This document shows positions 26,536 to 38,876 of a DNA stretch of 64,000 nucleotides, piece after piece. The DNA comes from Neocallimastix sp. 'constans'. Its lineage: Eukaryota. The position numbers and the translations under genes are program-made. The first letter of the stretch is position 1, and every line of letters begins with the position of its first letter. The notes beneath the pieces are model-generated. The model searched no databases. It saw only the letters and a list, made by a program, of their open reading frames with translations, and had not been told where the DNA came from. The stretch lies in contig JBODTK010000134.1 of NCBI GenBank assembly GCA_050613775.1, positions 248,001 through 312,000 of the forward strand, written 5' to 3'.

Positions 26536-27671
26536 ATATTTAAATATTTCTTTTATATATTTTTTTATATATATTTTATTAATGTTTTATTTCATAAATT
26601 AAATATTTTATTATCTTTAAAATGATATATATATTTATATGATAATCTTTTTTTAACTAGAAATTTTACTTTAAATAAAATGATTAATAGATGATGTCTA
26701 TTATAGATATAAGATATCACATATATATCATCCTATCATTCGTATAGGCAATGTGAATATGATATTCATTATTAACTATCCTTATATGTATGTCAAGTTT
26801 ATGATCACTGAAAATTTATTTTATATTGTATATATATTTACATATTGATATAAATAATTTATAATAAAGTTTAATATTAATTATAATTTTAATATAGGCT
26901 AAATTAAAATGGATACTTTTAAAAAATTATATATAAAAAATAATTATTTTCAAATAATTTTATTAAAATATTATATAATTATAAATTATTATTTTAATTA
27001 TAAAATATAAATATTTATTTAATTAATTTATATCAGTTTGGTAAATATAATAAATATAATTTTAAATCATTCAACTGATATGAATAAATATAAATATTAA
27101 TAAAACTATTAATTTTTTAATTTAAATTTCATAAATAAAATAAAAGACATTTTAATGAAATATTATAAATAAATAATTTGGAAAATTGCTTTGTTTACAT
27201 ATTTTTGACTTAAAGTTGATAATAATATATAAAAAATAATTATATTTGTTATTTTAATTAATATTTGGTATTATTTAATTTTGAATATCTTTATAATAAA
27301 TATTTAAAATTATTAATTCTTTTTTTTTTTTTATTTTAAAAAAAATATAAAAGAATCAATATTTTCTTTTTTTTTATTATATTTTTAATTTTATAAAAAC
27401 AATTCAATTTCGAATAAAGTAATAGTTGATTAAATTTCATTATAAATTGTTTTTAAAAAAGATAAACTTACCTTGTATATTTATACAGTTTATCTTTTTA
27501 ATACTTAATTAAAATAATTTTATAAGATATTTTTTTAAAAAATTTATAAAACAATTTTAAAACTATTTAACTTAATTTTATATAAATTTATAATTTTAAA
27601 ATTAAATAAAATATAATCAAATTTAATTTAATATTTTATTACTAAATAAAAGAATTATAATAAAATCCAAA

Positions 27672-28916
27672 ATGCGTTGTACTTTTATTTTATGTATTAT
27701 TGCTTCTTTATCATTAAGTATCTCAAATGCTTCACCAATTCCATGTTTAGATGGTTTGAGAGGGAGTCATATTTTAGGCCATAGTAATGGTCATGGAAAT
27801 TCTTCAAAACTAAATGGATCTTTAGATGGTCATTTAAATGGACATTTAGGTGTTAATGGCGGAGTCAAAATTGAAACTAAAAGCAAAACTAAGATTGGTG
27901 CTAATGCTAATGGTAAAATGGTAGGACATGGAGGAATTAATATTATTGAAGCTATTGATAATCGAATTAATAAATTAATTAAAGGAAAAGGTAGTATAAA
28001 ATCAGAAACTAATATTAAAGCAGGAACTAATATTAAAGTAGGAGCTGATATTAAAGCTGGAGCAGGTATTAAAGCTGGAGCAGATATTAAAGCTGGAGCA
28101 AGTATTAAGGCTGGAGCAGGTATTAAAACTGGTTTAGGTATTAATGCTGGAGCAGGTGTTAAAACTGGAACAAGTGTTAAAGCAGGAGCAGGTATTAAAT
28201 CAGGAACAGGTATTAAGGCTGGAGCAGGTGTTAAAGCTGGAACAAGTATTAGAACTGGTTTAGGTATTAAGGCTGGAGCAGGTATTGGAGCAGGTATTAA
28301 AGCTGGAGCAGGTATTAAAACTGGTAAAGGTATTAAGACTGGTGCTGGTATTAGTGCTGGTATAGGTATTAGTGGCCATATTGGAGGTCATATTGGAGGT
28401 CATATAAGTCATATAGGAAATGATGATTCAATTCATAAATCTCCATGTCCTTGCTCAAATAATAAAGAAAATAATAAAGAAAATAATAAAGAAAATAAAG
28501 ATTGTGAAAAGGGAAAAGACTGTTCTTCATCTGATTGCTTATCATCTAAACCTTTACCAGATAATCAAAATAAAGAAATTTCACCAAATAATAACAATAA
28601 TACTAATACTATTAATAAAGTTGATATTCCAAAATCAAATAAATCAGAACAAAATAGTACTGAATCAAAACATGACAATAATAATGATGATTCTTCTTCC
28701 AATACTTCTATTAATGATGATGAAAAATCTAATGATGAAGAACAAATCAAAAATTCAGAAGAAAGTAATAATGAAGAAACAAATGAAGATAGTGAAACTG
28801 TAGAAAATGTAGATAAAAATGAAAATGAAAATGAAAGTGAAGATGAAGAAGCTACAGTAGTTTCTGATTCATCAGATCAACAAACCATCGAAGATTCCGA
28901 ATTTGATTTGGATTAA
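27672..28916 (+). CDS. Secreted hexapeptide-repeat protein, copy 6 (414 aa)
   Basis: Intact paralogous ORF. Confidence 0.92.
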   Translation: MRCTFILCIIASLSLSISNASPIPCLDGLRGSHILGHSNGHGNSSKLNGSLDGHLNGHLGVNGGVKIETKSKTKIGANANGKMVGHGGINIIEAIDNRINKLIKGKGSIKSETNIKAGTNIKVGADIKAGAGIKAGADIKAGASIKAGAGIKTGLGINAGAGVKTGTSVKAGAGIKSGTGIKAGAGVKAGTSIRTGLGIKAGAGIGAGIKAGAGIKTGKGIKTGAGISAGIGISGHIGGHIGGHISHIGNDDSIHKSPCPCSNNKENNKENNKENKDCEKGKDCSSSDCLSSKPLPDNQNKEISPNNNNNTNTINKVDIPKSNKSEQNSTESKHDNNNDDSSSNTSINDDEKSNDEEQIKNSEESNNEETNEDSETVENVDKNENENESEDEEATVVSDSSDQQTIEDSEFDLD

Positions 28917-30627
28917 ATGAGTTAATTTTTTTTTTGTTTTAATTAAAAAATCAAAGCTTTAATTATTTTAATATATTTAAATATTAAAATTTTTTCTTAT
29001 AGAATTGTAAATAATAATTATTGTAAAATTAAATATAAACTAAAATAAAATAAAATAAAAAAAATATAAATAAAAATTATAAATAAAATAAAATATTTGA
29101 ATAAAAATGAAATATATAATTAAAATTTTAGCATTTATTAATTCATTAATTTATTTATATATTGATTAGTATTTGAAATTATTCAAATTTAAAATAAAAG
29201 ATGAATTAAAAAAACTGATTATTATTATTATTTTTTTTTTTTAAATTTTTACTTTTAGTTTTAATTAATAAAGACTATTATTATTGCTTATTTAAAAATT
29301 TATTTTTAAATTAGATATTACAAATGTTAATAATATTTTTATTATTTGAAAAAAAGTTTTTATTTTAAAAAAAATATATATCTATCTATCTAAGTATTTA
29401 AATCTAATATTATTTAATAAAAAAAAAAAAGAGCAGTCTATATTTTTTTTTTTAAAATAATATTATTTTTAAATATTTCTTTTATATATTTTTTAGTATA
29501 TATTTTATTTATGTATTAATTCATAAATTAAATATTTTATTATCTTTAAAATGATATATATATTTATATGATAATCTTTTTTTAACTAGAAATTTTACTT
29601 TAAAATAAAATGATTAATAGATGATGCCTATTATAAATAAGATATCACATATATCATCCTATCATTCATATAGGCGATGTGAATATGGTATTCGTTATTA
29701 ACTATCCTTATATGTATGTCAAGTTTATGACCAATGAAACTTTATTTTAAATTGTATATATATTTACATATTGATATAAATAATTTATAATAAAGTTTAA
29801 TATTAATTATAATTTTAATATAGGCTAAATTAAAATGGATACTTTTAAAAAATTATATATAAAAAATAATTATTTTCAAATAATTTTATTTAAATATTAT
29901 ATAATTATAAATTATTATTTTAATTATAAATTATTATTTTAATTATAAAATATAAATATTTATTAATATTTATTTAAATAATTTAAATCAGTTTGGTAAA
30001 TATAATAAATATAATTTTAAATCATTCAACTGATATGAATAAATATAAATATTAATAAAACTATTAATTTTTTAATTTAAATTTCATAAATAAAATAAAA
30101 GACATTTTAATGAAATATTATAAATAAATAATTTGGAAAATTGCTTTGTTTACATATTTTTGACTTAAAGTTGATAATAATATATAAAAAATAATTATAT
30201 TTGTTATTTTAATTAATATTTGGTATTATTTAATTTTGAATATCTTTATAATAAATATTTAAAATTATTAATTCTTTTTTTTTTTTTTATTTTAAAAAAA
30301 ATATAAAAGAATCAATATTTTCTTTTTTTTTATTATATTTTTAATTTTATAAAAACAATTCAATTTCGAATAAAGTAATAGTTGATTAAATTTCATTGTA
30401 AATTTTTTTTAAAAAGATAAACTTACCTAGTATATTTATATAGTTTATCTTTTTAATAATTATTTAAAATAACTTTATAAAATATTTTTTTAAAAAATTT
30501 ATAAAACAATTTTAAAACTATTTAATTTAATTTTATATAATTTTATATTTTCAAAATTAAATAAAATATAATCAAATTTAAATTTAATATTTTATTACCC
30601 AATAAAAGAATTATAATAAAATCCAAA

Positions 30628-31821
30628 ATGCGTTGTACTTTTATTTTATGTATTATTGCTTCTTTATCAATAAGTATCTCAAATGCTTCACCAATTCCAT
30701 GTTTAGATGGTTTGAGAAGGGGTCTTATTGGAGGCCATAGTAATGGATATGGAAATTCTTCAAAAATTAATGGATCTTTAGATAGTCATTTAAATTGACA
30801 TTTCGGAGTTAATGGTGGTGCCAATATTGAACCTAAAAGCAAAACTAAGATTGGAGCTAATACTAATGGTAAAATGGTAGGACATGGAGGAATTAATATT
30901 ATTGAAACTATTGATAATCGAATTAATAAATTAATTAAAGGAAAAGGTATTATTAAAGCAGGAGCTAATATTAAAGATGGTGCAGGTATTAAAGCAGGAG
31001 CAGGTATTAAAGCTGGTTCAAATATTAAAATTGGTGCAGGTATTAAAGCTGGAGTAGGTATTAAGGCTGGAGCAGGTATTAAAGCTGGAGCAGGCATTAA
31101 AACAAATATTAAAACTGGTAAAGGTATTAAAGCTGGAGTAGGTATTAAGGCTGGAGCAGGTGTTAAAACTGGAACAAGTATTAAAACTGGAAAAGGTATT
31201 AAGACTGGTGCTGGTATTAGTGCTGGTATAGGTATTAGTGGCCATATTGGAGGTCATATTGGAGGTCATATTGGAGGTCATATTGGAGGTCATATTGGAG
31301 GTCATATTGATGGTCATATAGGAAATGATGATTCAATTCATAAATCTCCATGCCCTTGCTCAGAAAATAAAAAAAATAATAAAGAAAATAATAAAGAAAA
31401 TAAAGATTGTGAAAAGGGAAAGGACTGTTCTTCATCCGATTGCTTATCATCTAAACCTTTACCAGATAATCAAAATAGAGAAAATTTATCAAATAATAAC
31501 AATAATACTAATAATGGTGATATTCCAAAATCAAATAAACCAGAACAAAATAGTATTGAATCTAGTCATGACAGTAAAAATAAAGATTCTTCTTCTTCCA
31601 ATACCTCTATTAATGATGATGAAAAATCTAATGATGAAGAACAAATCAAAAATTCAGAAGAAAATAATAATGAAGAAACAAATGAAGATAGTGAAACTGT
31701 AGAAAATGAAGATGAAAATGAAAATGAAAATGAAAATGAAAATGAAGATGAAGAAGCTACAATAGTTTCTGATTCATCAGATCAACAAACCATCGAAGAT
31801 TCCGAATTTGATTTGGATTAA
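30628..31821 (+). pseudogene. Copy 7, premature stop
   Basis: Homologous ATG at 30628; in-frame TGA at 30796-30798 (GGA in paralogues). The track ORF 30874..31821 is the remainder and lacks the signal peptide. Confidence 0.85.
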
Positions 31822-32289
31822 ATGAATTTATTTTTTTTTTTTTTAGTTTTAATTAAAAAAATACAAGCTTTAATTGTTTTAATATATTTAAATATTGAAA
31901 TTTTATCTTATAGAAATGTAAATAATCATTAATGTAAAAATTAAAAATCAATAAATTAAAATAAAAAATAAACATAATAATCATAAATAAAATAAAAAAT
32001 TTCAATAAAAATCATAAAAAAAGTAAATAAAAAATTTGCATAAAATTGAAATATAAAATTAAAATTTTTACATTCTTCATTAATTTCATTATATATATAT
32101 AAATAATATTTAATTATTTTTTTTTTAATTTACATTTAAAATTTGAATAATATTAAATTATTTTTATAATTTTTACTTATAATATAAATAATTAGATATT
32201 ATTATTATTGTTTATTTAAAAATTTATATAAAATTAGATATAATAAATCATAATAATATTATTATTTTTTGAAAAAAAACAGTTTAATG

Positions 32290-32337
<48 letters not shown>

Positions 32338-33505
32338 TAATATATAAATATTTAAATTTATTTTTTTATTAAATATTTTTTTTTTATTTTTTTTTTTTTT
32401 TAATATTCTTAAATTGAATTTTATTTATGTATTAATTCATAAAATAAATATTTTATTATCTTTAAAATATATATTTAATTATATGATATTCTTTTTTTTT
32501 ACCTCGAAGTTTTACTTTAAAATAAAATGATTAAAAAATGATGTCTATTATAGATATAATATATAATATATAATATATCATCCTATCTTTTGTGGATAAT
32601 TATTTACTACGGTAATTATTATTATATTACTATCCTTATATATATGTCAAGTTTATGATCATTGAAATTTTATTATTAATTATATGTATATTTACATAAT
32701 GAAGTAAATAATTTATAATAAAGTTTAGTATTAATTATAATTTTAATATAGGCTAAATTAAAATAATTATTTTCAAATGATTTTATTAAAATATTATAAT
32801 TATAAATTATTATTTTAATTATAAAATATAAATATTTATTTAAATAATTTATATCAGTTTGGTAAATATAATTAATATAATTTTAAATCATTCAACTGAT
32901 ATGAATAAATATAAATATTAATAAAATTATTAATTTTTTAATTTAAATTTTGTAAATAAAATAAAAGATAATTAAATAATTTTATTGTAATTTTAATGTA
33001 AAATTATAAATAAATAATTTGGAAAATTACTTTGTTTACATATTTTTGATTTAAAGTTGATAATAATATATATAAAAATAATTGTATATGTTATTTTAAT
33101 TAATATTTGCTATTATTTAATTTTGGATATTTTTATAATAAATATTTAAAATTATTTATATGTTTTTTTGTTTAAAAAAAATATAAAAGAATCAATATTT
33201 TTTTTTTTTTTATTTTATTTTAATTTTATAAAAACAATTCAATTTCGAATAAAGTAATAATTGATTAAATTTCATTATAAATTGTTTTTAAAAGGATAAA
33301 CTTACCTTTTATATTTATATAGTTTATCTTTTTAATACTTAATTAAAATAACTTTATAAAATATTATTTTGAAAAACATATAAAACAATTTTAAAACTAT
33401 TTAATTTAATTTTATGTAGTTTTATATTTTTAAAGTTAAATAAGATATAATCAAACTTAATTTAATATTTTATTACCAAATAAAAGAATTATAATAAAAC
33501 CCAAA

Positions 33506-34756
33506 ATGCGCTGTACTTTTATTTTATGTATCATTGCTTCTTTATCTTTTAGTATTTCAAATGCTTCACCAATTCCATGCTTAGATAGTTTGAGAGGGGG
33601 TCTTATTTTAGGCCATAGTAATGGTTATGGAAATTCAAAACTTAATGGATCTTTGGATGGTCATTTAAGTGGACATTTCGGAGTTAATGGTGGTGCCAAA
33701 TTTGAAACAAAAAATAAAACTAAGATTGGAGCTAATGCTAATGGTAAAATTGTAGGACATGGAAGAATTAAAATTATTGAAGCTATTGATCATCAAATTG
33801 ATAAATTAATTAAAGAAAAAGGTATTATTAAAGCAGGAGCAGGTATTAAGTCAGAAGCAGGTATTAAAGCAGGAGCTAATATTAAAGAGGAAGCTAATAT
33901 TAAAGCTGGAGCAGATATTAAAGCTGGAGCAGGTATTAAAGCTGGTTCAAATATTAAAACTGGTAAAGGTATTAAAGCTGGAGTAGGTATAAAGGCTGAA
34001 GCAGGTGTTAAAACTGGAATAAATATTAAAACTGGAAAAGGTATTGGAGCTGGTATTAAAGCTGGAGCAGGCGTTAGAACAGGTATTGAAACTGGTAAAG
34101 GTATTAAGGCCGGAGCAGGCGTTGGTGTAGGTGTTAAAGCTGGAACTAGTGTTAAAACTGGTAAAGATATTAAGACTGGTGCTGGTATTAATGCTGGTAT
34201 AGGTATTGGAGGTCATATTGGAGGTCATATTGGAGGTCATTTTGGGGGTCATATAGGAAATAATGATTCAATTCATAAATCTCCATGTCCTTGTTCAGAA
34301 AATAAAGAAAATAATAAAGAAAATAATAAAGAAAATAAAGATTGTGAAAAGGGAAAGGATTGTTCTTCATCCGATTGCTTATCATCCCAAACTTTACCAG
34401 ATAATAAAAATAAAGAAGATTCATCAAATAATAACAATACTACTAATAATGGTAATATTCTAAAATCAAATAAACCAGAACAAAATAGTACTGAATCTAG
34501 TCATGACAATAATAATGATAATTCTTCTTCCAATACTTCTATTAATGAAGATGAAAAATCTAATGATGAAGAACAAATCAAAAATAAAGACGAAATTAAT
34601 AATGAAGAAATAAATGAAGATAGTGAAACTGTAGAAAATGAAGATGAAAATGAAGATGAAAATGAAAATGAAAATAGTGAAAACGAAGAAGCTACAGTTG
34701 TTTCTGATTTATCAGATCAACAAACCATCGAAGATTCCGAATTTGATTTGGATTAA
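33506..34756 (+). CDS. Secreted hexapeptide-repeat protein, copy 8 (416 aa)
   Basis: Intact paralogous ORF. Confidence 0.92.
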   Translation: MRCTFILCIIASLSFSISNASPIPCLDSLRGGLILGHSNGYGNSKLNGSLDGHLSGHFGVNGGAKFETKNKTKIGANANGKIVGHGRIKIIEAIDHQIDKLIKEKGIIKAGAGIKSEAGIKAGANIKEEANIKAGADIKAGAGIKAGSNIKTGKGIKAGVGIKAEAGVKTGINIKTGKGIGAGIKAGAGVRTGIETGKGIKAGAGVGVGVKAGTSVKTGKDIKTGAGINAGIGIGGHIGGHIGGHFGGHIGNNDSIHKSPCPCSENKENNKENNKENKDCEKGKDCSSSDCLSSQTLPDNKNKEDSSNNNNTTNNGNILKSNKPEQNSTESSHDNNNDNSSSNTSINEDEKSNDEEQIKNKDEINNEEINEDSETVENEDENEDENENENSENEEATVVSDLSDQQTIEDSEFDLD

Positions 34757-34992
34757 ATGAGTTTATTTATTTTTTTTTTGTTATAATTAAATAATACAAG
34801 CTTTAATTATTTTAATATATTTAAATATTAAAAATATATAATTTAGAAATGTAAATAATCATTAATGTAAAAATTAAAAATTATTAAATTAAAATAAAAA
34901 ATATACATAATAATCATAATAAAATAAAAAATTTAAATAGAAATCATAAAAAAAGTAAATAAAAAATTTGCATAAAATTGAAATATAAAATT

Positions 34993-35350
34993 AAAATTTT
35001 TACATTCTTCAATAATTTCATTATATATATGTAAATAATATTTAATATTATTCAAATTTTAAATGTAAATTAAAAAAAAATAAAAATTTTTACATTCTTC
35101 ATTAATTTCATTAAATATATGTAAATAATATTTAATATTTTTCATATTTTAAATGTAAATTAAAAAAAATAAAAATTTTTACATTCTTCATTAATTTCAT
35201 TAAATATATGTAAATAATATTTAATATTTTTCATATTTTAAATGTAAATTAAAAAAAATAAAAATTTTTACATTCTTCATTAATTTCATTAAATATATGT
35301 AAATAATATTTAATATTTTTCAAATTTTAAATGTAAATTAAAAAAAAATA
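34993..35350. repeat. ~89-90-bp tandem repeat x4 in the spacer after copy 8
   Basis: tacattcttc starts at 35001, 35091, 35180 and 35269. Confidence 0.9.
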
Positions 35351-35554
35351 ATTAAATTTTTTTCATAATTTTTACTTATAAATAATTAGATATTATTATT
35401 ATTGTTTATTTAAAAATTTATATAAAATTAGATATAATAAATGATAATAATATTATTATTTTTTGAAAAAAAACAGTTTAATGAAAAAAAAAATATTTAT
35501 ATATATATATATCTCTAAATATTTAAATATTTAAATTTAATTTTTTATTAAATA

Positions 35555-35586
<32 letters not shown>

Positions 35587-36622
35587 TCTTTAATTGAATT
35601 TTATTTATGCATTAATTCATGAAATAAATATTTTACATCTTCAAAATGATATATATATTTATATGATAATCTTTTTTTACCTAGAAATTTTACTTTAAAA
35701 TAAAATGATTAATAGATGATGCCTATTATAGATATAATATATCACATATATCATCCTCTCATTCGTATAGGCGATGTGGATACCTTTTTAATTGTAATAT
35801 ATATTTACATATTGAAAAAATAAAAAGTTTAATATTAATTATAATTTTAATATAGGCAAAAAATAAATGAATATTTTAAAAATTTTATATATAAAATTTA
35901 ATTATTTTCAAATAATTTTATTAAAATATTATATTAATTTTATTACATTACTTTAATTATAAAATATAAATATTTATTTAAATAATTTATATCATTTTTG
36001 GAAATATAATATAGTTTTTAATCATTCTACTGATAATGAATAAATATAAATATTAATAAAATTATTATTTTTTTTAATTTAAATTAGGTAAATCAAATAA
36101 AAGATGATAAAAAAAATTTTATTGTTTTAATGTAATTTTATAAATAAATAATATGGAGAATTACTAAATGTTGATAATAATATATATAAAAATAATTATA
36201 TATATATTATTTTAATTAATATTTTGTTATTTAATTTTTAATGTTTTTATAATAATTATTTAAAATTATTAATATTTTTTTTTATTTAAAAAAAATATAA
36301 AAGAATCAATATTTTCTTTTTTTATATTTTATTTTTAATTTTAAAAAAACAATTCAATTTCGAATTAAATAATAATTGATTAAATTTCATTATAAATTAT
36401 TCTTTAAAAAGATAAACTTACCTTGTATATTTATATAGTTTATCTTTTTAATACTTAATTAAAATAACTTTATAAAATATTATTTTGAAAAACATATAAA
36501 ACAATTTTAAAACTATTTAATTTAATTTTATGTAGTTTTATATTTTTAAAGTTAAATAAAATATAATCAAATTTAAATTTAATATTTTATTACCCAATAA
36601 AAGAATTATAATAAAATCCAAA

Positions 36623-37759
36623 ATGCGTTGTACTTTTATTTTATGTATTATTGCTTCTTTATCTTTTAGTATTTCAAATGCTTCACCAATTCCATGTTTA
36701 GATGGTTTGAGAGGGGGTCTTATTTTAGGCCATAGTAATGGATATGGATATTCTTCAAGAATTAATGGATCTTTAGATAGTCATTTAAATGGACACGTAG
36801 GAGTTAATGGTGGTGCCAATATTGAAACAAAAAGCAAAACTAAGATTGGAGCTAATGCTAATGGTAAAATTTTAGGACATGGAGGAATTAATATTATTGA
36901 AGCTATTGATAATCGAATTAATAAATTAATTATAGGAAAAGGTAGTATAAAATCAAGAAATAATATTAAAACAGGAGCTAATATTAAAGCTGAAGCAGGT
37001 ATTAAAGCTGGAGCAGGTATTAAATCTGGTTCAGATATTAAAACTGGTTTAGGTATTACAGCTGGAGTAGGTATTAAGGCTGGAGCAGGTGTTAAAGCTG
37101 GAACAAATATTAAAACTGGTAAAGGTATTAAGACTGGTGCTGGTATTAGTGCTGTTATAGGCATTAGTGGCCATATTGGAGGTCATATTGGAGGTCATAT
37201 TGGAAGTCATATTGGAAGTCATATTGGAAGTCATATTGGAAGTCATATTGGAAGTCATATAGGAAATGATGATTCAATCAATAAATCTCCATGTCCTTGC
37301 TCAGAGAATAAAGAGAATAATAAAGAAAATAATAGAGAAAATAATAAAGAAAATAAAGATTGTGAAAAGGGAAAAGATTGTTCTTCATTTGATTGCTTTT
37401 CATCTAAACCTTTACCAGATAATCAAAATAATGAAAATTCACCAAATAATAGTAATAATACTAATAATGGTAATATTCCAAAATCAAATAAATCAGAACA
37501 AAATAGTACTGAATCTAGTCATGACAATAATAATAATGATTCTTCTTCCAATACCTCTATTAATGAAGATGAAAAATCTAATGATGAAGAACAAATCAAA
37601 AATAAAGACGAAATTAATAAGGAAGAAATAAATGAAGATAGTGAAACTGTAGAAAATGAATATGAAAATGAAAATGAAAGTGAAAACGAAGAAGCTAAAG
37701 TAGTTTCTGATTCATCAGATCAACAAACCATCGAAGATTCCGAATTTGATTTGGATTAA
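36623..37759 (+). CDS. Secreted hexapeptide-repeat protein, copy 9 (378 aa; ~13 hexapeptides, [GS]HIG x8)
   Basis: Intact paralogous ORF. Confidence 0.92.
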   Translation: MRCTFILCIIASLSFSISNASPIPCLDGLRGGLILGHSNGYGYSSRINGSLDSHLNGHVGVNGGANIETKSKTKIGANANGKILGHGGINIIEAIDNRINKLIIGKGSIKSRNNIKTGANIKAEAGIKAGAGIKSGSDIKTGLGITAGVGIKAGAGVKAGTNIKTGKGIKTGAGISAVIGISGHIGGHIGGHIGSHIGSHIGSHIGSHIGSHIGNDDSINKSPCPCSENKENNKENNRENNKENKDCEKGKDCSSFDCFSSKPLPDNQNNENSPNNSNNTNNGNIPKSNKSEQNSTESSHDNNNNDSSSNTSINEDEKSNDEEQIKNKDEINKEEINEDSETVENEYENENESENEEAKVVSDSSDQQTIEDSEFDLD

Positions 37760-38876
37760 ATGAGTTAATTTTTTTTTTTTTTTCATTTAAATTAAAAAAT
37801 ACAAGCTTAAATTATTTTAATATATTTAAATATTAAAATTTTATCTTATAGAATTGTAATTAAATAAATAAATATTTTGTTATTTTTTAAAAATTACATA
37901 TATATATTTAATTAATGATGAACTTTTTTTTACTTCAAAATATTACTTTCAAATAAAAAATAAAATTTCACCATTATTTGATCATTAAAACTTTATTTCT
38001 ATATGTAAATAAATATATAATTTAATATGAATAATTTATAATAAAGTTTAATATTAATTATAATAATTTTAATATAGGCTAAATTAAAATTGATACTTTT
38101 AAAAAATTTTGTATATAAAATTTAATTATTTTCAAATAATTTTATTAAAATATATATAATTATAAATTATTATTTTAATTATAAAATATAAATATTTATT
38201 TAATTAATTTATATCAGTTTGGTAAATATAATTAATATAATTTTAAATCATTCAACTTATATAAATAAATATAAATATTAATAAAAATAGTTATTTTTTA
38301 ATTTAAATTTTGTAAATAAAATAAAAGACGATTAAATAATTTAATTGTTATTTTAATGTAAAATTATAAATAAACTATTTGGAAAATCACTTTGTTTACA
38401 TATTTTTAACTAAAAGTTGATGGTAATATATATAAAAATAATTATATGTATAATATATATGTAATTTCAATAAATTTTTTGCTATTATTTAATTTTGGAT
38501 ATTTTTATAATAAATATTTTAAATTATTAATATTTTTTTTATTTAAAAAAAATATAAAAGAATCCATATTTTCTTTTTTATTTTTATTTTTAATTTTATA
38601 AAAACAATTCAATTTTGAATAAAGTAATAATTGATTAAATTTCATTTCAAATTATTTTTAAAAAGATAAACTTACCTTGTATATTTATATAGTTTATCTT
38701 TTTAATAATTATTTAAAATAACTTTATAAAATATTTTTTTAAAAAATTTATAAAACAATTTTAAAACTATTTAATTTAATTTTATATAATTTTATATATT
38801 CAAAATTAAATAAAATATAATCAAATTTAAATTTAATATTTTATTACCCAATAAAAGAATTATAATAAAATCCAAA

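Noticed and set aside
27464..27475. ACTTACCT, matching the U1 snRNA 5' end (antisense AG|GTAAGT), inside the promoter palindrome
   Set aside because: No U1 stems or Sm site follow; an 8-nt match is insufficient, although an antisense splice donor cannot be excluded.
27419..27652. 5'UTR intron in the array genes (gtaata...tactaa...aaag)
   Set aside because: The candidate acceptor AG is absent in copies 1, 11 and 12.
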